64,000 bases of DNA from Raillietiella orientalis (GCA_036172245.1 JAYWIR010000001.1:2170001-2234000); one strand, 5' to 3'. Positions 13,021 to 26,300 are shown, counted from the first letter of the stretch. Numbers and translations are program-made. The notes: generated by a model not told the origin, from the letters alone.

Positions 13021-13115
13021 TCGTTGCACGGACGTGCTTTGCGTGGCTCCTTGAGAGCGATTCTTTTTTTTCTTCTTTGTGTGTGTTGTGCTTATGTGCG
13101 TCCATTTGGATATCA

Positions 13116-15049
13116 ATGGCGCCGAAACAAGAGAGCATGGAGGTGGAGGCTGCAGCCTGCACTGGAGTTTCTACCCCGGATGCTCAGCCCGCCTCTGATG
13201 GTTCCGTCTCGCCACCGGCGAGAAGCTTCGCCGCCGTCATCAAGGCGGCAGCAGCAAACGGAGCACCGCCCGACGAAGCCGAGTTACAGGCATATGCAGC
13301 CCATGGCTACAAGTCTGCTCTCTGCTATCAGGTGAGTGCTTCGGTCTCGACGGGGTAGGAGAAAATTTATGGGACGAGATCGAACGCTTCGGGGTCTGGC
13401 AGGACGACCTCCTGGCTGTCATGCCTGTGAACACGCTTGGACACTGGGAGGTGCACTGTAAAGGGGCAACCCTAGTCCAGCACCTTCTTCGCACCCCGCT
13501 GAACATACGCGGGAAGGAGGTTGTCCCATTGACCATGGACAGGTCGTTCGTGGTCCGATTGTCCGCCATCCAGGTGGACACTCTCGATCGCGTGCTCGTC
13601 GGTGCACTGAGTGCATTCGCCACGGTGCACGCGCTGTGGAGGGCAGAGAATCCTATTAAAAGGATAGCATCTCTCCACAGCGGACTTGCCACGGCACGAG
13701 TGACCATGGCGGACCGGAGGCTAATGTCTTCGCAGCTACAGATGGACGATGCGATCGTTCACCTTAAGTTTGCATGTCAGCGACCGGCTTGCGGCATTTG
13801 CGGCAAAGAGGGCCACCGTCCATGGAAGTGCCCTTTTCGCAACTGCCGCTACTGCAAACTGCTCGGTAATTCCATTAAAGAGTGCGTCGAGCTGAAGCGA
13901 AAACGGAAGGCTAGGAATCGCCTCCAATTGACGCCGGCCGCCCCGAAAACTTCCCCCACTGCGCCCGGGAAGAAATCGGGCGCGAATGAGGCTGCTGCAG
14001 CGAGTGGCGGCCCTGCGAAAAAGGGCGCGGTTGCTTCAGGGAAGGCGCAATCCCACACAGCCGCGCAGACGGGGAAGATGCCGCGTCGCTCTGGGGGCAA
14101 ACCGTCCCTCGCGAAGCAGCCTAAGAGTGCACACACTCACTCAACGAAGGCTGCTGGGCCGTCCGCGTCCGTTCCCGCGTCCAACGGAAAACACGGGAAA
14201 TCGTGCACGGATACCCTCGGAACTGTTCTCTGAACGGCCGTGCCTCCCTAAGTCCGAGGAGAGCACGCCGTCCACGGCGAAAGCACTGGCAGCGAAGGCT
14301 GCAATAGCGCATTGCGCGATGGTGGCAATGACCGCCGTTTCGCCCGCACCAGCAAAGGAGCAGGTGAAGCGGGCAACGGGGACGGCGCCTTCTCTCGTCG
14401 CGAGAGCGAAACCTGAGCCGGTAGCTCCGGACAGGCGAAGGGGGCGTCGTCCTCCCAGGATGGCGTTCCCAAGGACAGCGACGCGGGCTGGACTCGGGTA
14501 GCCAGGACGCCCACAAAGGGGAAGAAGAAGGTGGACCTTTCGCAATTCCCCATCCTGAAGGTAGGTGGCAGGACAAAGCGAAGCACGCCGAAGAAGGTGC
14601 GAATCCAGGTTTGCACAACGGCTACGTGCTCTGTCGCTTCGCGCGAGAGGGCCGCTGCAGAAGTCAAAGCGCCGGGAGCTGAGTTGGCGACTGCGGCGAC
14701 CCTCGCGCAGGCTAGGCAAGCTTCCACCTCCCGACACAAGAGACAGGCGAAACGCCAGTCTCGCGCTCGACATTCGGACTCCGAGGTGGAGTCCGACTGC
14801 CAACATAAGGAGCGCGTGTCCCGAGGTAACCCTGGAGCGCGTCGGGTTAAAGTGGGCAAGCACGAGCCTGTTGCTGGAAGCTGTTCCGGCACCTCCTCGG
14901 AGCCCGAGGCGATGATTCTCGGCTCCCAGGACTCAGCTACGTGCGGTGCGGTGGAGAACGGGAGCGAGTCCACTTCCCAATCCGCGGTGCTGCCAGCTGA
15001 CTTCTCGCCGCAAGGGGAGAGGAGCACGCCGACATATCCGCAGCAGTAA
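13116..15049 (+). pseudogene. LINE ORF1 (RRM-like region, zinc knuckles, low-complexity basic tail), broken
   Basis: MAPKQESMEV...RSFAAVIK...; CGICGKEGHRPWKCPFRNCRYCKLLGNSIKEC. Split across ORFs 13077-13358, 13421-14233, 13986-14501 and 14531-15049. Confidence 0.85.
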
Positions 15050-15052
15050 TGC

Positions 15053-18000
15053 GTGGACTCGCGTCCGCTCGTCGCGTCAGCGTGTTGGAACGTTAACGGG
15101 CTGTGCGACGCCGACAAGAGGCGGACGTTCGATCTGGTGCTGCTGCAGGAGGTACACAGCATCTCCCAACGGCAGGCATCCGATCTGGTAGAGCTCGCGG
15201 GCGGGACGCTACACTGGCGGCAAGGCTCCGCACGCACGGGCAGAGTCGTGGTCCTCGTCCAGGGCAGGGTGGCGGAGGCGGTGCGGGGAGTCCGTTTCGA
15301 AGTTTTCACCCGGTCAAGCCGGGGCGTTTATTAAAAAAACTTACAGAATTTGCGGTACAAGGCCCCTCTGCGGCCAATAATTCTATGGAGCTGTCGGGTG
15401 GTCGGTGCGCAGACCGACTTGACACTCCACGTCAAGGATGGGGTTGGGGGAAAAAACAAAAATAAAAAAAAAGTAAAAACACTTGTCATTTGGAGGGCCG
15501 GGAAGGGATCACTGTCCGTTGCGTGGAGCTTCCATCCTTTGCAGGATGCCGACAAGGTCCTGGTACAGATTTCCCAGGTGGAGCCATCGGGATGCTATTC
15601 GCAGAAAGCGAGCTGCATACTCCATGGCATCCCTTCCGTTAACATCCTCTGCTTCGTCGGATCCACTCCAAGCTGCCACAATACCGCGTACGCAGCAGAG
15701 AGCTGCTATTACAGCGCTGGCTGCAGGGCGTCCCGCACGAAGAGGCGCCGAAAAACGTCTCTGGGAAGGCTACCTTCCAGGATCCCTAAGGTGGAACCGA
15801 AGTGTTCCCACAGGGGCCGGAGGGCAGCACAGTCAACTAAAAGGTGCGGGAGGGTTTCCCGCTCCCCACACCGGGCACAGTTTGGGTTCACACTTTCCCG
15901 TGTCCAGTGGTGGCGGCGTGCATTGCAGGGGAGTCCCCAGTGCAACAGCATGAGCACCGACTCCTGCCATTTTAGGGGAAGGATTCTCGTTTCGGTTATC
16001 ACTGGGGGCCACTTCAGGTCATCCGTCGTGATGCCGAGCAGCTCGCCCCATTTTCCAAGTCCTTGCGGAAGGACGCTATGGGTTGTGGCGTCCGCCAGCT
16101 GTCCCATTGTCCAACCGCTCAACAATTTTTGTCTGCCTGCGATACGGCAAGAGACTTGCCACCTCGGCGTCCGGCTGCTGACGAGGGCCCTACGTAGGAA
16201 GGGCAGCACCGTCGCTAGGCAGGTCGTCTCTGCCTACGTGCTCCTGGCTGGACACTCCAGGATCTCGCGTAGAGTGCAGCGGGCGTATCTGCCGCGTCGC
16301 AGGCTATTCCACCTCTCGTGGCTCCTCTGATTCACTACCGCCCACGTGCCAACTGTTTCTTCCAGCCGTTTCGACGTGGGAGGTCGAGTGGGCCAACTTG
16401 TTCTCAAGTGGTCCGAATCGATCGACCTGGTCGTTACGAACATCTACGCGCCGAGCGGCGACCGCCATAACTCCCAGCCAATCGCATTCCTCGGTGGCCT
16501 GCGCAGCCGCCGGCTCACTGACTCCGGCCTCAACGTAGCGCAACTCTTTGCAGGAGACTTCAACGTCCACCTGCTAACAGAGGAGAGGTGCCAATTGAGG
16601 GGGAGGCAGCTAGTGAGCGAGGTGTGCGCGTCCGTGAGCATGCAAAACTTGCTTGCTGGCAAGCCCAGGATGCAGAGATCTCCGGACCATGCATTCCTCG
16701 ATGACCACCCGCTCTGTCGAGTGGGTCGAAGGGGTCCCATGCCGTCCTTGCTTTCCTACCACCGCAGGCTGGAGTTTGAGCTTCTCCTACCTGGCAAGGG
16801 TCCTCCGACGCACGTCTGGAGGATGCCGGCCGACTGGCTCAGCGATCCGGTTGCCGCGTAGAAACTCCGCCAGCATCTCCGGTGCTTTCTCGTTCGAGAG
16901 CTTGCAGACTGGACGATCTGAAAAGATCAGTCCGCGAGTTCTGCTGCCGGTTTCCCTTGCACCTGCTTCCCCGTGGCTTCGGGGAAGGCGTGGCCAACAG
17001 CAGAGCGTTACTGCAGGCGGGTAACTTCTCCCGATGCCCGGACGTCCGGCATCTTGCGGAATATAAGGCGAAGGCCGAACGCGAGGTCTGGCAGTCTGGT
17101 GCAGCTTGTCTGCTTGACGACGCTGTCCAGGAGTGATCGGCTGCAGCCGACGTACACCGCTTAGTCAGGCGCTACACTACTCATTGTACGCGGAGGAGCC
17201 CACGGAACGCAGTCTCTCCGAGCTGCTTCTGCCGGCGGGTACTCCTGCTGCCGACGAGGAGGAACGCGCGAATTTGGATTTGCCCTTCGCGGCGGAAGAA
17301 GTCTCTTCTGCCATAGCGGGGCTCAAGAAGCGAAAGGCGCTTGAGGGGAATGGCCTGCCCGCGGAACTCTTTCAGTGCTTCGCGGCAGAGCTCGTCCCCC
17401 TGGTGCTGAACCTTTCCTTGTTGATGAGGGAGACGGGAGATGTTCCTGCTTCCTTCCACTCAGCAAAGGTGCGTCTCCTGCCGAAAGGCGGAAACTTGAG
17501 CCAGCTCAACAACTGGCGCCCGATCACCTTGGTGAATTCGGACGTCAAGTTCTCAAAGCTGTGGGTCGCGCGGCTGGGGAGAGTCGCCGAGTCCTTGATG
17601 AACTCGGAGCAGACGTATGCTGTTCACGGACGGTCCATGCACGCGAATCTCTTCTTCGAACGAACATGGTTCGAATTGCAGCAACGCGTTGCGCAGCAGA
17701 GCCAGGCAGCCGAAAGAGCTGCTGCCAAGGGCAAGCGGCGGTGCTTGCGGCACGAGGGGACGCCGGGAGCCTTAACGGTCGTGGTCGATATCTACAAGGC
17801 GTTCGACTGCGTAAACCAGGACCTCCTTCTAGAGCTCTTGGGACGCCTAGGCCTCCTGACGCACCTCGTCGCCAAATTGCGCTCCTGCTGGCACCATGTG
17901 TTATGCTGTATCTCTTTCAGCGGCTGCCACGTGTACGGCGTCCCCATACGGAGGGGTATCAGGCAAGGGGACAGCTTAAGCCCTCTGCTCTTCAGCATCT

Positions 18001-19656
18001 TCTTACTGGCTGACACTGGCCAACCTGCCGAGCTCCTGCCCGGGAACGCCGGCCGTGGCCGCCTATGCTGACGACCTACTTCTCCTGTTGCCCATGTCCA
18101 CCCTGGTGTCCAGTCTCGAAGATTTCTTCGAGCTCATTCGCCGGGGAGCGGGCGTGAGTATCAACAGATCGAAATCTATCGTTGTTTTGGTTGGCTCTAC
18201 GTGGGAGATGCAGTCCTACTGAATCCACCTGGGGTTCCCCACGGGTGAGTACATCAAGTACCTTGGCGTTCTGTTTTGGGACTTCTGCGTTGCAGATGCC
18301 TGGTCCGAACGTCTCCAAAAAGTGGAATTGGCGATCGGCCCGTTTCAGAATGGCAAGTTTTACTTGTCAAAACGGGCCGCGGCGTAGGACGCTTTCGCGC
18401 CCCCTTTCCTTCGCCCCCTACTTTTTGGTTTACCCCTCCACCGATCATGAAAAAAAGGCCCGAGGTCCTCCTAAGGAAAGCCCTTCGGGGCACAGGGAGG
18501 TCCCGTATCCGATTAAAAGACATGTGCGCTCCAAGCAGGGACGGTGGCTTGGGCTTCCTGACGATGGAACGCATGGGGCGGTAGCTCCAATTCAGAAGAC
18601 GCCCTTGCGGCAAAGTCTTGGATGACGCCTTGGGGCGAACCCGCACGGCTCCTCGCCAGCAGAGTGACCGGCTGCGAAGGATTGTCCTCGATCATCGTGT
18701 TATACCAGCGCAGCCTGAACAACTGTGACCGTGACTTGCGCCAGATGGTTGCCCTGATGGAGGAGAATACCTGGATCTCCTGCCTCCCCGGAAACTGCCC
18801 TGCCTGGCTTCAGGAGTCAGTTTCTGCGTGGGCCAAGATCAACGGCACGAGCGAGGCGGAGTACAACTGTCTCCGTCGAGGACCCAACACTCGGCAGCCT
18901 CTGCAGGAGATAATCAACAACCCGAGGAAGTTTCTGTGGGCTTCCTTGACCCCCCTTGCTCCCGTGCTGTCCTTCCTTAAGAACATCGGGAACGGCAACG
19001 AACCAGCATTGTGGGAAGTGTCCTGCCTCATCCTAGGCAGGAGAAAACCATTGAAGGCTTGGACGACTCGGGAGTTAGCGGACGCTGCGACCCCGAGCGT
19101 CCCGTCTAAAGGAATTGTACACTGGGGGGAGCTGCTCGGCATACCTCCGGAAGAGGTGAAGTGGCCCCCAGCGTGCTGGGGTAGTAGCACCCTGTCTCTG
19201 GAATGGCAGGAGATGGCGCTGCTAGTGTTCCATTGGAAACTCCTTTGCAAAGCATGCCTCTTCCATTGGACATCAGGGACTGTGGACGCCAATTGTTCAA
19301 GGTGCGGGAAACAAGAGACCTTCCCCCATCTCATCATCGAGTGTGTCGCCCTCCGACCCATGTGGGATCAACTGTCGGCGATCTTGAACATTCCCGGGGC
19401 GACCCGCAGGACATTTTTCGTCGCCTCCTGATGAAGGACACCCTGCCAGCAGCCGCGTGTGTGGCAGTTCTCTGCTGCATACATGAGATCCTGGCAAAAT
19501 GGACTGCGTCCAGGAGAGGACATAACAGCCGGAACGCCATTCACTGGGCGGCTCTCAACATTGAGAAAGCTTCCCGATGCTCCCGGCTAAGACCACTACG
19601 TCCGCAACTTGTCCGCATCCTGAACAGGACGCAGAGAACCACTCGGGGCGAAGTGA
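15053..19656 (+). pseudogene. LINE ORF2 (APE endonuclease, reverse transcriptase, CCHC), broken and interrupted at 15301-16365
   Basis: WNVNG, LLQE, VTNIYAP, AGDFN; NWRPITLVNSDVK, DIYKAFDCV, GIRQGDSLSPLLF, AYADDL (18061-18078), KYLG (~18256), GGLG; CSRCGKQETFPHLIIEC. End coordinate approximate. Confidence 0.92.
15301..16365 (-). mobile_element. 5'-truncated LINE copy inserted antisense into the endonuclease domain of the full-length element
   Basis: NPNCARCGERETLPHLLVDC and terminal hairpin at 15309-15323. 9-bp TSD CCGTTTCGA at 15292-15300 and 16366-16374. Confidence 0.92.
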
Positions 19657-19917
19657 TCCCTTCCCAGCCCTCCTTTCCCCAAAAACATTTTCCTCCCCTT
19701 GGTTTTTATTTGATTTTTCTGTTTTTGTTTGTGGTTTTCCCTTCCCCATCGCATCCGGACAGGATCTCTGCGGCCTGCAAACTGGCAGCGGCAAGTGTGT
19801 CAAGATAGGCAGAACCACGTGTTCTGCCTAAACATATTTACCAGACTTTATAATGAAATTTTTATTATGTAAAAATTTTAATAATAAATGCCCCGGCATA
19901 TCCGGGTGATAAATAAA

Positions 19918-21503
19918 TCCCCACGGGCAGGTGCTTTAAGTACCTTGGCGTTCCGTTGGGCGACTTCTGTCCAGGAGAATTGTGGTCGACTACCATCACG
20001 AGGCCGAGACTGCTCTGGACCCGTTCCAAGGTCGCAGGTTTCTCCTGCTGGAGCGGGCCTTCGTGTGGAACATTTTCGTTGTCCCCCTCCTCCATCCCCT
20101 CTTTTTTGTTTGTCCCTCTCCCTACTCGGCCAAACTCCGGGCGAAACGCCTTGTGGGGACCGGCGAGGTCCAGGATCCGCCTCAAGGACTTGGCGGCTCC
20201 TCGGCGGGATGCCGGCTTGGGCATCGTGACGCTGGAGCGGATCGGACTGCTAGTGCGGTTCCGCATGCTGGCACTTTGCGCCCAGCTTTGGACGACTCCC
20301 TGATGTGCTCCAGCGCGGCTGCTGCTGCGGAGCTGCACGGGTGGCGGCGGACTGCGTTCGTTGCACCTGCGTACGGAGCGCGCCATGAGAGGATTCGGCT
20401 TCCCGCTGAGGCAGCTCGCCTCGCTTCTGGGAACGCATTCGTGGATCTCCTGCCGGCCGTCGAACTTTAACGCCTAGCGGCAGTAAGTCTTATCATCCTG
20501 GGCAGCGCAACAGGATGTGTTCCGTTTGGACTCCGTTGCGTGGACCTTTCCCCATACTATCCAGTGGGGGAGGTGCTGGAAGACCAGGACAAGTGGACTT
20601 GACTGGCCGCTACACCCCTCGCCGAAACGCTGTCTGCCCTGATGGTACGAGAAGACAGTGGCCTACCGGCAAGGTGGGAGGTCGCCTGCACTATTGTAGG
20701 CGAAACCCGACTCCTGGGCGGCTGGAGGATCCGCGAGCTGGCAGACGCTGCCACGCCTCGCATTCGTGCCAAGGGACTTATTCGGTGGAGAGAGCTCCTG
20801 AGGGTGCCCTCCGAAGAACTTGTGGTCCGTTTCCCATGCTTGGACACGACTGTTCCCCCTTCAGTGGAAACAGGACGCTTTTCTGCTGGTGCATTGGGTT
20901 CTGTATTGCAACCAGCGCGCTCACCTGGTGTCCGGGGGAGTCGCGTCCCCGAACTGTGCAAAATGCGGAGCGGTGGAATCGCTCCCGCATTTGCTATTCG
21001 GATGCGGTGACCTCCAGAGACTGTAGCGGCGGCTGTCTTCAGCGCTCCTGCACCCCGGGCACACTGCAATGGACTGGATGCGCCTCTTCACGCGTGGCGG
21101 CCTATCTCTTGAAGCGGTCGTCGCAACCATCTGCTGCGTCCGCGCCGTTGTCAGGGCCCGCCACGTATTGCAGCTGCGAGCGGTCCCAACAACGGTCCTC
21201 GACAGTGCAGCCTGCAACCTGCAAATGGCTGCCGGGTGGCCACACCTCGATGAAGAAGTGAGGACGGAGATTGCCGGCATTTACCGTCGGTTCTGAGAAT
21301 AGGAACGGCAGAAGCTGCAGACCCGTGTCCCTACCTGCCCACTATTTTCATTTATTTACTATCCCTCCCTGACGTTCCGAACTCTCAGCATGCCCGAACT
21401 ACGTGTCGGGAAGCCCTCTCCTGAACTTCTGCTTTTCTTGAAAGGGAACTGTGTTTCCAGATGATTTCTTATAATAAACATCCCGGCGCAACCGGGTAAC
21501 AAA
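19918..21503 (+). mobile_element. 5'-truncated LINE copy directly head-to-tail after the full-length element
   Basis: Starts at FKYLGVPLG. Contains RDAGLG and SPNCAKCGAVESLPHLLFGC. Terminal hairpin at 21482-21496. Confidence 0.9.
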
Positions 21504-21504
21504 C

Positions 21505-21960
21505 GACGTAGGTTGCGCGGCAGCAGTAAAAGAAGTCCTGCGCTCTCCACGCAGCGCTGGAGGATGTAACGTGCCGGAGCACACCAATGGAAGGACCACA
21601 ATTTCTCACACAGGTAGAGAAGTTAGGGCTGAACCGGCAGTCCGATCTTCTCAATGATCATAATACTCAAGCCAGCGTCCTGTCGCGGCGCCAGTCCTTC
21701 GGTCGTACCCGGACCATGCAGCACCCCATAAGGCTTTTCGTGGGAGGTGCTGAGCCCGGATCTTCATCGAATGAAAGGATGGGCAAACAAAAAGAGGGCG
21801 GAGGACAAAGGCAACAAAAGTGTTTCAGATGGAGACCCCCTTCAGCAAGACGAACTTGCTGTCTAGGAACGGTCGAGAGCTATTTTTGCCGTTGGAGGGC
21901 ATGGAACCAGCAATGGTGTCTCTTCGTTCGCCACATCCGGCGGCGGGCATAGAATTGCGA
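21505..21960 (-). mobile_element. Internal ORF2 (post-RT thumb) fragment of the same LINE group
   Basis: Minus strand reads RKALWG...QDAGLSIMIIEKIGL...LCEKLWSFHWCAPAR, homologous to ~19990-20340. Confidence 0.75.
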
Positions 21961-22039
21961 GGGACTAGCATCCCTGATTTTTCGCATTCGGAAATGGAAG
22001 AAGTTCCTAGAGTTTCCCCTGAGACAGCTTGTCTCCCTG

Positions 22040-23100
22040 CGGGAATTTAACGAATGGTTCTCCTGCCGCCCTGTGAAATCGAATGCTCGCCGGCGAGAAT
22101 CTGTGGGCACCGATCAGCCCTGAAGATCTCGTTCCGATTCAGCGGTTCGGCAGGATGCCCCTGCAGAGAACCGTCGACGAACCTACCAAGTGGGCTCGAA
22201 CATCCGCCACACCTTTGGCCGCAGCTCTGTCTTCTCTATAAGAAAGCAATGAAAGTTGCCTACTGGCTAGGTGGGAGTTCCCCTGAAACATCTATAGAGT
22301 GGGAAAACTAGGCGGATGCTCTACAAAAGTGCTGGCTGCCGCGGCTACGCCCTGTTTGCGGGCGAAGGAACTTCGCCAGTGGATCAACACTTCGAGTGTG
22401 CCCCCGGAAGAACTCTGTGTCCCTCCCACGTGTTGAGATTCTTCGGTCCTCGCTCTGGTGGCAACATGATGTGGTGCTGTTCTTGCATTGGGGTGTTCCC
22501 TGCAACGAGCACATGCACCACATGATGAGTGGGAGTATGTCTGCGGAGTGTATGAGGTGCAGGGAGATCGAATCGCTCCTCCTCCTGCACATGAAGTACG
22601 GCGTCATCCGTCCTTTCTGGAAGAGGCTGGCATCGGCCAGTCTCCACCCGGAAGATGCGCCGCTCCTTGATCTGAGACTGGCTATCAGCTGTCGCCGCGA
22701 TTGCGCTGCATCTGCGGCATCCTCACCGTCCGATATTCGCTTGGGTCGCATCAGAGAGAGCGAGAGGCTGCCTGCATCGTTATGGACTTTCTGAGGAAAG
22801 CAAGCAGATAGCCTCATTCGAAACAGGAAGCCAGCAGGGAGATCAGCAACATCATACGAACAGTTTAGAAGATAGGCAGCAATCCCTGTGTCCCCTCTTC
22901 CTCCCACTAAAAATTTATTTGTTTGTTGATCCCCTCACCCCTCGATGCTGCATACAATTTCTTCAACGTCCTGCGAGTCGGCGAGTCCTGATGAACTTTT
23001 GGTTTATTTTTTCTTCCGATTCACAGGAAACAGCGCTCCTTGCTTTTTATGTAGTTTTATTTTTTAATTAAAATAGACGCCCCGGTGCAACCAGATGAAA
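22040..23100 (+). mobile_element. Decayed 5'-truncated LINE copy with 3' end
   Basis: WQHDVVLFLHWGVPCNEH...SAECMRCREIESL. Degenerate terminus AATAGACGC-CCCGG-TGCAA-CCAGA-TGAAAA at 23072-23101. 5' boundary approximate. Confidence 0.75.
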
Positions 23101-23104
23101 AGCC

Positions 23105-23260
23105 TTTTTAAGACTCGGACTGGGCAGGCCGGCCGTGCTTCTGCTGGGCAGAAGTCGCCCAGCTTGAAGCCAACGTATTTGAAGTACCTGCCCGTGGGGG
23201 TCCCTATGTGGATGCAGTGGGTCTGTCCCTCCCACGACGCACTCACCTGTACGACCGGCG
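23105..23260 (-). mobile_element. Short RT C-terminal fragment
   Basis: PTGRYFKYVGFKLGDFCP matches PTGRCFKYLGVPLGDFCP at 19920. Confidence 0.75.
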
Positions 23261-23399
23261 GACAGTGGTGGCGAGGTCATCGACTTGTTGCCTTCCGGTG
23301 TAAAGAAGACCTTTAAAAGTTTTCTTGGTCACCCGGTGCCACGAGTTTTCCTGGTGTATCCACAGCTGGGCACGTGTCCAGTGAGTGAATCTTCCTGAC

Positions 23400-26300
23400 A
23401 ATTTCTGCAAGCATTGAAACATTAGCATGTGGTGGCGGTTGCCACTGGTGGCGAAGTGTTTACAGTCCTGTATGAGCATCCTTGGCCTTTGGTGTATCCA
23501 CAGCTGCGTATCCCGCGGAACTGATGAAGCAGAGAATCACAGAAGTCAATTCATCCTTCCAGATTTCCTTGCTTCTAGGGAGGATCTCCAGGTGGCTGAC
23601 CCTCACCAGTGCCTGCTTCCCCATCCAGGGAGGATCGACGTCAATCCAGCTTAGAGTCTTGCACACGAGCGCCGACATCAGGCCACTCGGGCCACTCATC
23701 AGCCTAGAGTGGGCCCAGTGCACCACGAAGGTCCATTTGTCCCAGCCTTTGGCGAATTCTAGGATTTGTCGCGCATCCAGGATTTCCACAAACTTCTGCA
23801 GGGAATTCGTCCCGGTCCCTCCTTCTCTCGGGTCTGCAGCATCCCGAAAGCAGAAGGCAGTCATGCATCTGTTCTTGCAGCCTTCCTCTCCAGCTTTCCA
23901 CGCAGCTGCAGGATGATACGACTCGAAAGCGGAAATTGCTTTCACTTTTCGTCTCCAAGTGCCCCACGGCCCACTTCTTGTATAGGAAGACGACACTACC
24001 TTTCCGGGGCTCTACCGACTGATCTTGAATGTTCCCCGTCACGCGCGAGGTCCACGAAAGGAATCAGCTCTGGCCACCTTCGAGTAGGGAGCACTTCCTG
24101 GTGGTTGCGCGAGGGAGCGGTAGACTGGACACGTGGAAAAAGGCGCACGGCTGCGTCCCACGGGGCAAGTTTCTCTGACGGAGAGACACGTGGCGACGGA
24201 TGACTGGAGAGACTGAGCGACGGTGTCTTGTTGCCTGATTACGATCACCTCAAACTCCCCGTCCTCTCCCGTTCCGTTCCCGAATTCGTACGTCGGTGCC
24301 GGGGCAGCCGTCTCGCCCTAGGCTCCAGTGTTCATCAGATAAGCCTTCGGAGTGGATTCCTGTGGCGCCGAACATCTGCGGTGGCCGAAGCGCGCGGCAT
24401 TCCAGGTCGACGCATTCCAGTGTGGGCGGCTGAGAGTCGGTGCGTGTAGGACATTCTTAGAGCCGAAGTCGCAAAAGGGCAGCAAGAGGAGACTCCGCGG
24501 CACCCTGGCAACCTCGATCCGTTCGGCCGGGCGCGGAGAGTCGTCGCGTAGATTACGGAGTTCGGTCCCCTTTGCCGCCAGGCGGCGCAGAAGCAGCGCC
24601 GGCGCGAGCAGCCTCGTACGTGGCCAGCGAGCATGCGCGCGCCCCCTGAGGGGCTGCCAAAGGGCAAGCTGCTGTAGCAACGGGGTAAGTGCTGCTGCCA
24701 CAAGCGAGTTTCGCGTTGCCGTGCAAGCGCCGCCGCGCTCAGGGCTCGCGTCTCTCAGGGGGAACGCGCAGCCGAAGTCTTCGGGGAAAGACCAAGTCCC
24801 GGAATATTTCCCGGGACTGCAAGCCGCTCCCGCCTTCCCGCCCGAGATGCAGTCCACAAGGAGACGACGTCGGGTGGGCCACCTCTCCTTCCTCTGAGTC
24901 TTCCGCAATGCAGATGGTGGAGACGGGCGGTACACGCTCCCGGATTCGTGTGGGTCACGCCCTCGTTCCCGTCTCTGCTCCAGCGTTTCCTCCGAGCGCC
25001 ACGGCTGCCAAGGGGAAGGAAGCCTGCGGGATCACTTCCTGACGGAGCGCGTTCCAAGTCTCTCCTCTGGACGAAGCGCGGAGGAAACGGGCAGGAGCGC
25101 TGTCCGCGTAGGTCGCCTCCGCGCCTGCTCGATGGGATCGTTCGGACGATGCGGAAGGAACCGCCGGTGCACATGCTGCTTGCCCTCTGGGGGAGTGCCG
25201 GAAGGTCCCCGGAAGGGAGATTCCAGCAGATGACATGAAGGAATCGAATGGATCATCTTCCCTCGTTGAACACGCGCGGGTCACCGCCCACAGACTGCGA
25301 AGCAGCTGCCCTGGAGGGCGTCGTAGAGCCAACGGCATGCGGAGGCGGGAACGCGGGCGATGAGCTTCGCAGCTGAGCGACGGGAACGAGAATTCCAAAC
25401 GCGAAGATTTCTTCTTCCCCTTCCCCCTCGTGACCTGGTGCACACGCGCGATCCTGCTTGCGTGACGGACCATCAGGCTGCGAGGGCTGGTCGGTGGGAT
25501 TCCTCCATGGTCCATGCGGTCCGTGACACGCCCTGGAGCGATGACCACGGGAGCTGCCCGGCAGATGCCCGAAAAGACGAGCACCAAGTCGAGTAGCGCC
25601 TTCACAGCAACCAGGGACGCGGGACAGTGCGCTTCCTGGAAAAAGCATCCGTCGTCAGGAAGAGATGGTGGATTCGTTTGCGCGGAACTCGTTCCAGGGA
25701 AGGGAGAAGATCCCGGAGAGTGAGGTCTCTCCTTTGTTCTGGACACAAAGTAATGGATGTTTGTCCATTAAGGGCAATGTAGCAGACTCAGGGAGTTATC
25801 CGGAGCCGTTGCCTGGCGACGGATTAGCAAATGAGAATCTGCATGAAGGGAAGACTTCCTGGAACCGGAGAAGCGTGGTCCGACGCGGATGCGCGCGAGC
25901 GGAGGTGGATGCTGCGGAGAAAGGAACAAGATGGTCGCGGGGGAGGTGGCGGGCTCTGCTTTCCGATGCGGCAGCAACGACTGCGGTGGTGATTGGAAGA
26001 AAATGCACACGAGAGGAAGGAGGCTGCGTCGGACCACCGTCTTCTTGAAAGGGCCTTCCTTTCCCTGCGACCGAGTCGGGAAGAGGGGCAGGGTGTGAGC
26101 GCAATTTCGACCCGGACGATGGCGTCACCCATCACGCTCCGGAGTCAGCCGCCGCGATTCTCGAGTTTTCGAGATTGCTGTTTGAGCAGGTGCAGGAGGG
26201 CTGCTCTCGGGTGAGAAGGAGGCGAGTTTCTGGACCAGCAAATGGCGGTCGAAGGTCTTCCGCGCTCCCGCGTTCCATTGCTTCGGGGATGGTTGTCGAG

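Larger units (their letters stand above)
13021..19917 (+). mobile_element. Near full-length, inactivated L1/Tx1-like non-LTR retrotransposon
   Basis: Short T-rich leader, ORF1 with zinc knuckles, ORF2 with APE, RT and CCHC domains in order, structured 3' UTR. Several stops and frameshifts plus one nested insertion. 5' boundary approximate. Confidence 0.92.

Noticed and set aside
15047..15051. TAATG overlapping stop-start for ORF2
   Set aside because: That ATG is out of frame with WNVNG. The sister copy has TAGTGCATG, pointing to 15053 as the true start position.
14121..16330. Long ORFs 14248-15309 (-), 14141-14863 (-) and 15350-16330 (+) as novel genes
   Set aside because: They are antisense shadows of GC-rich LINE coding sequence.
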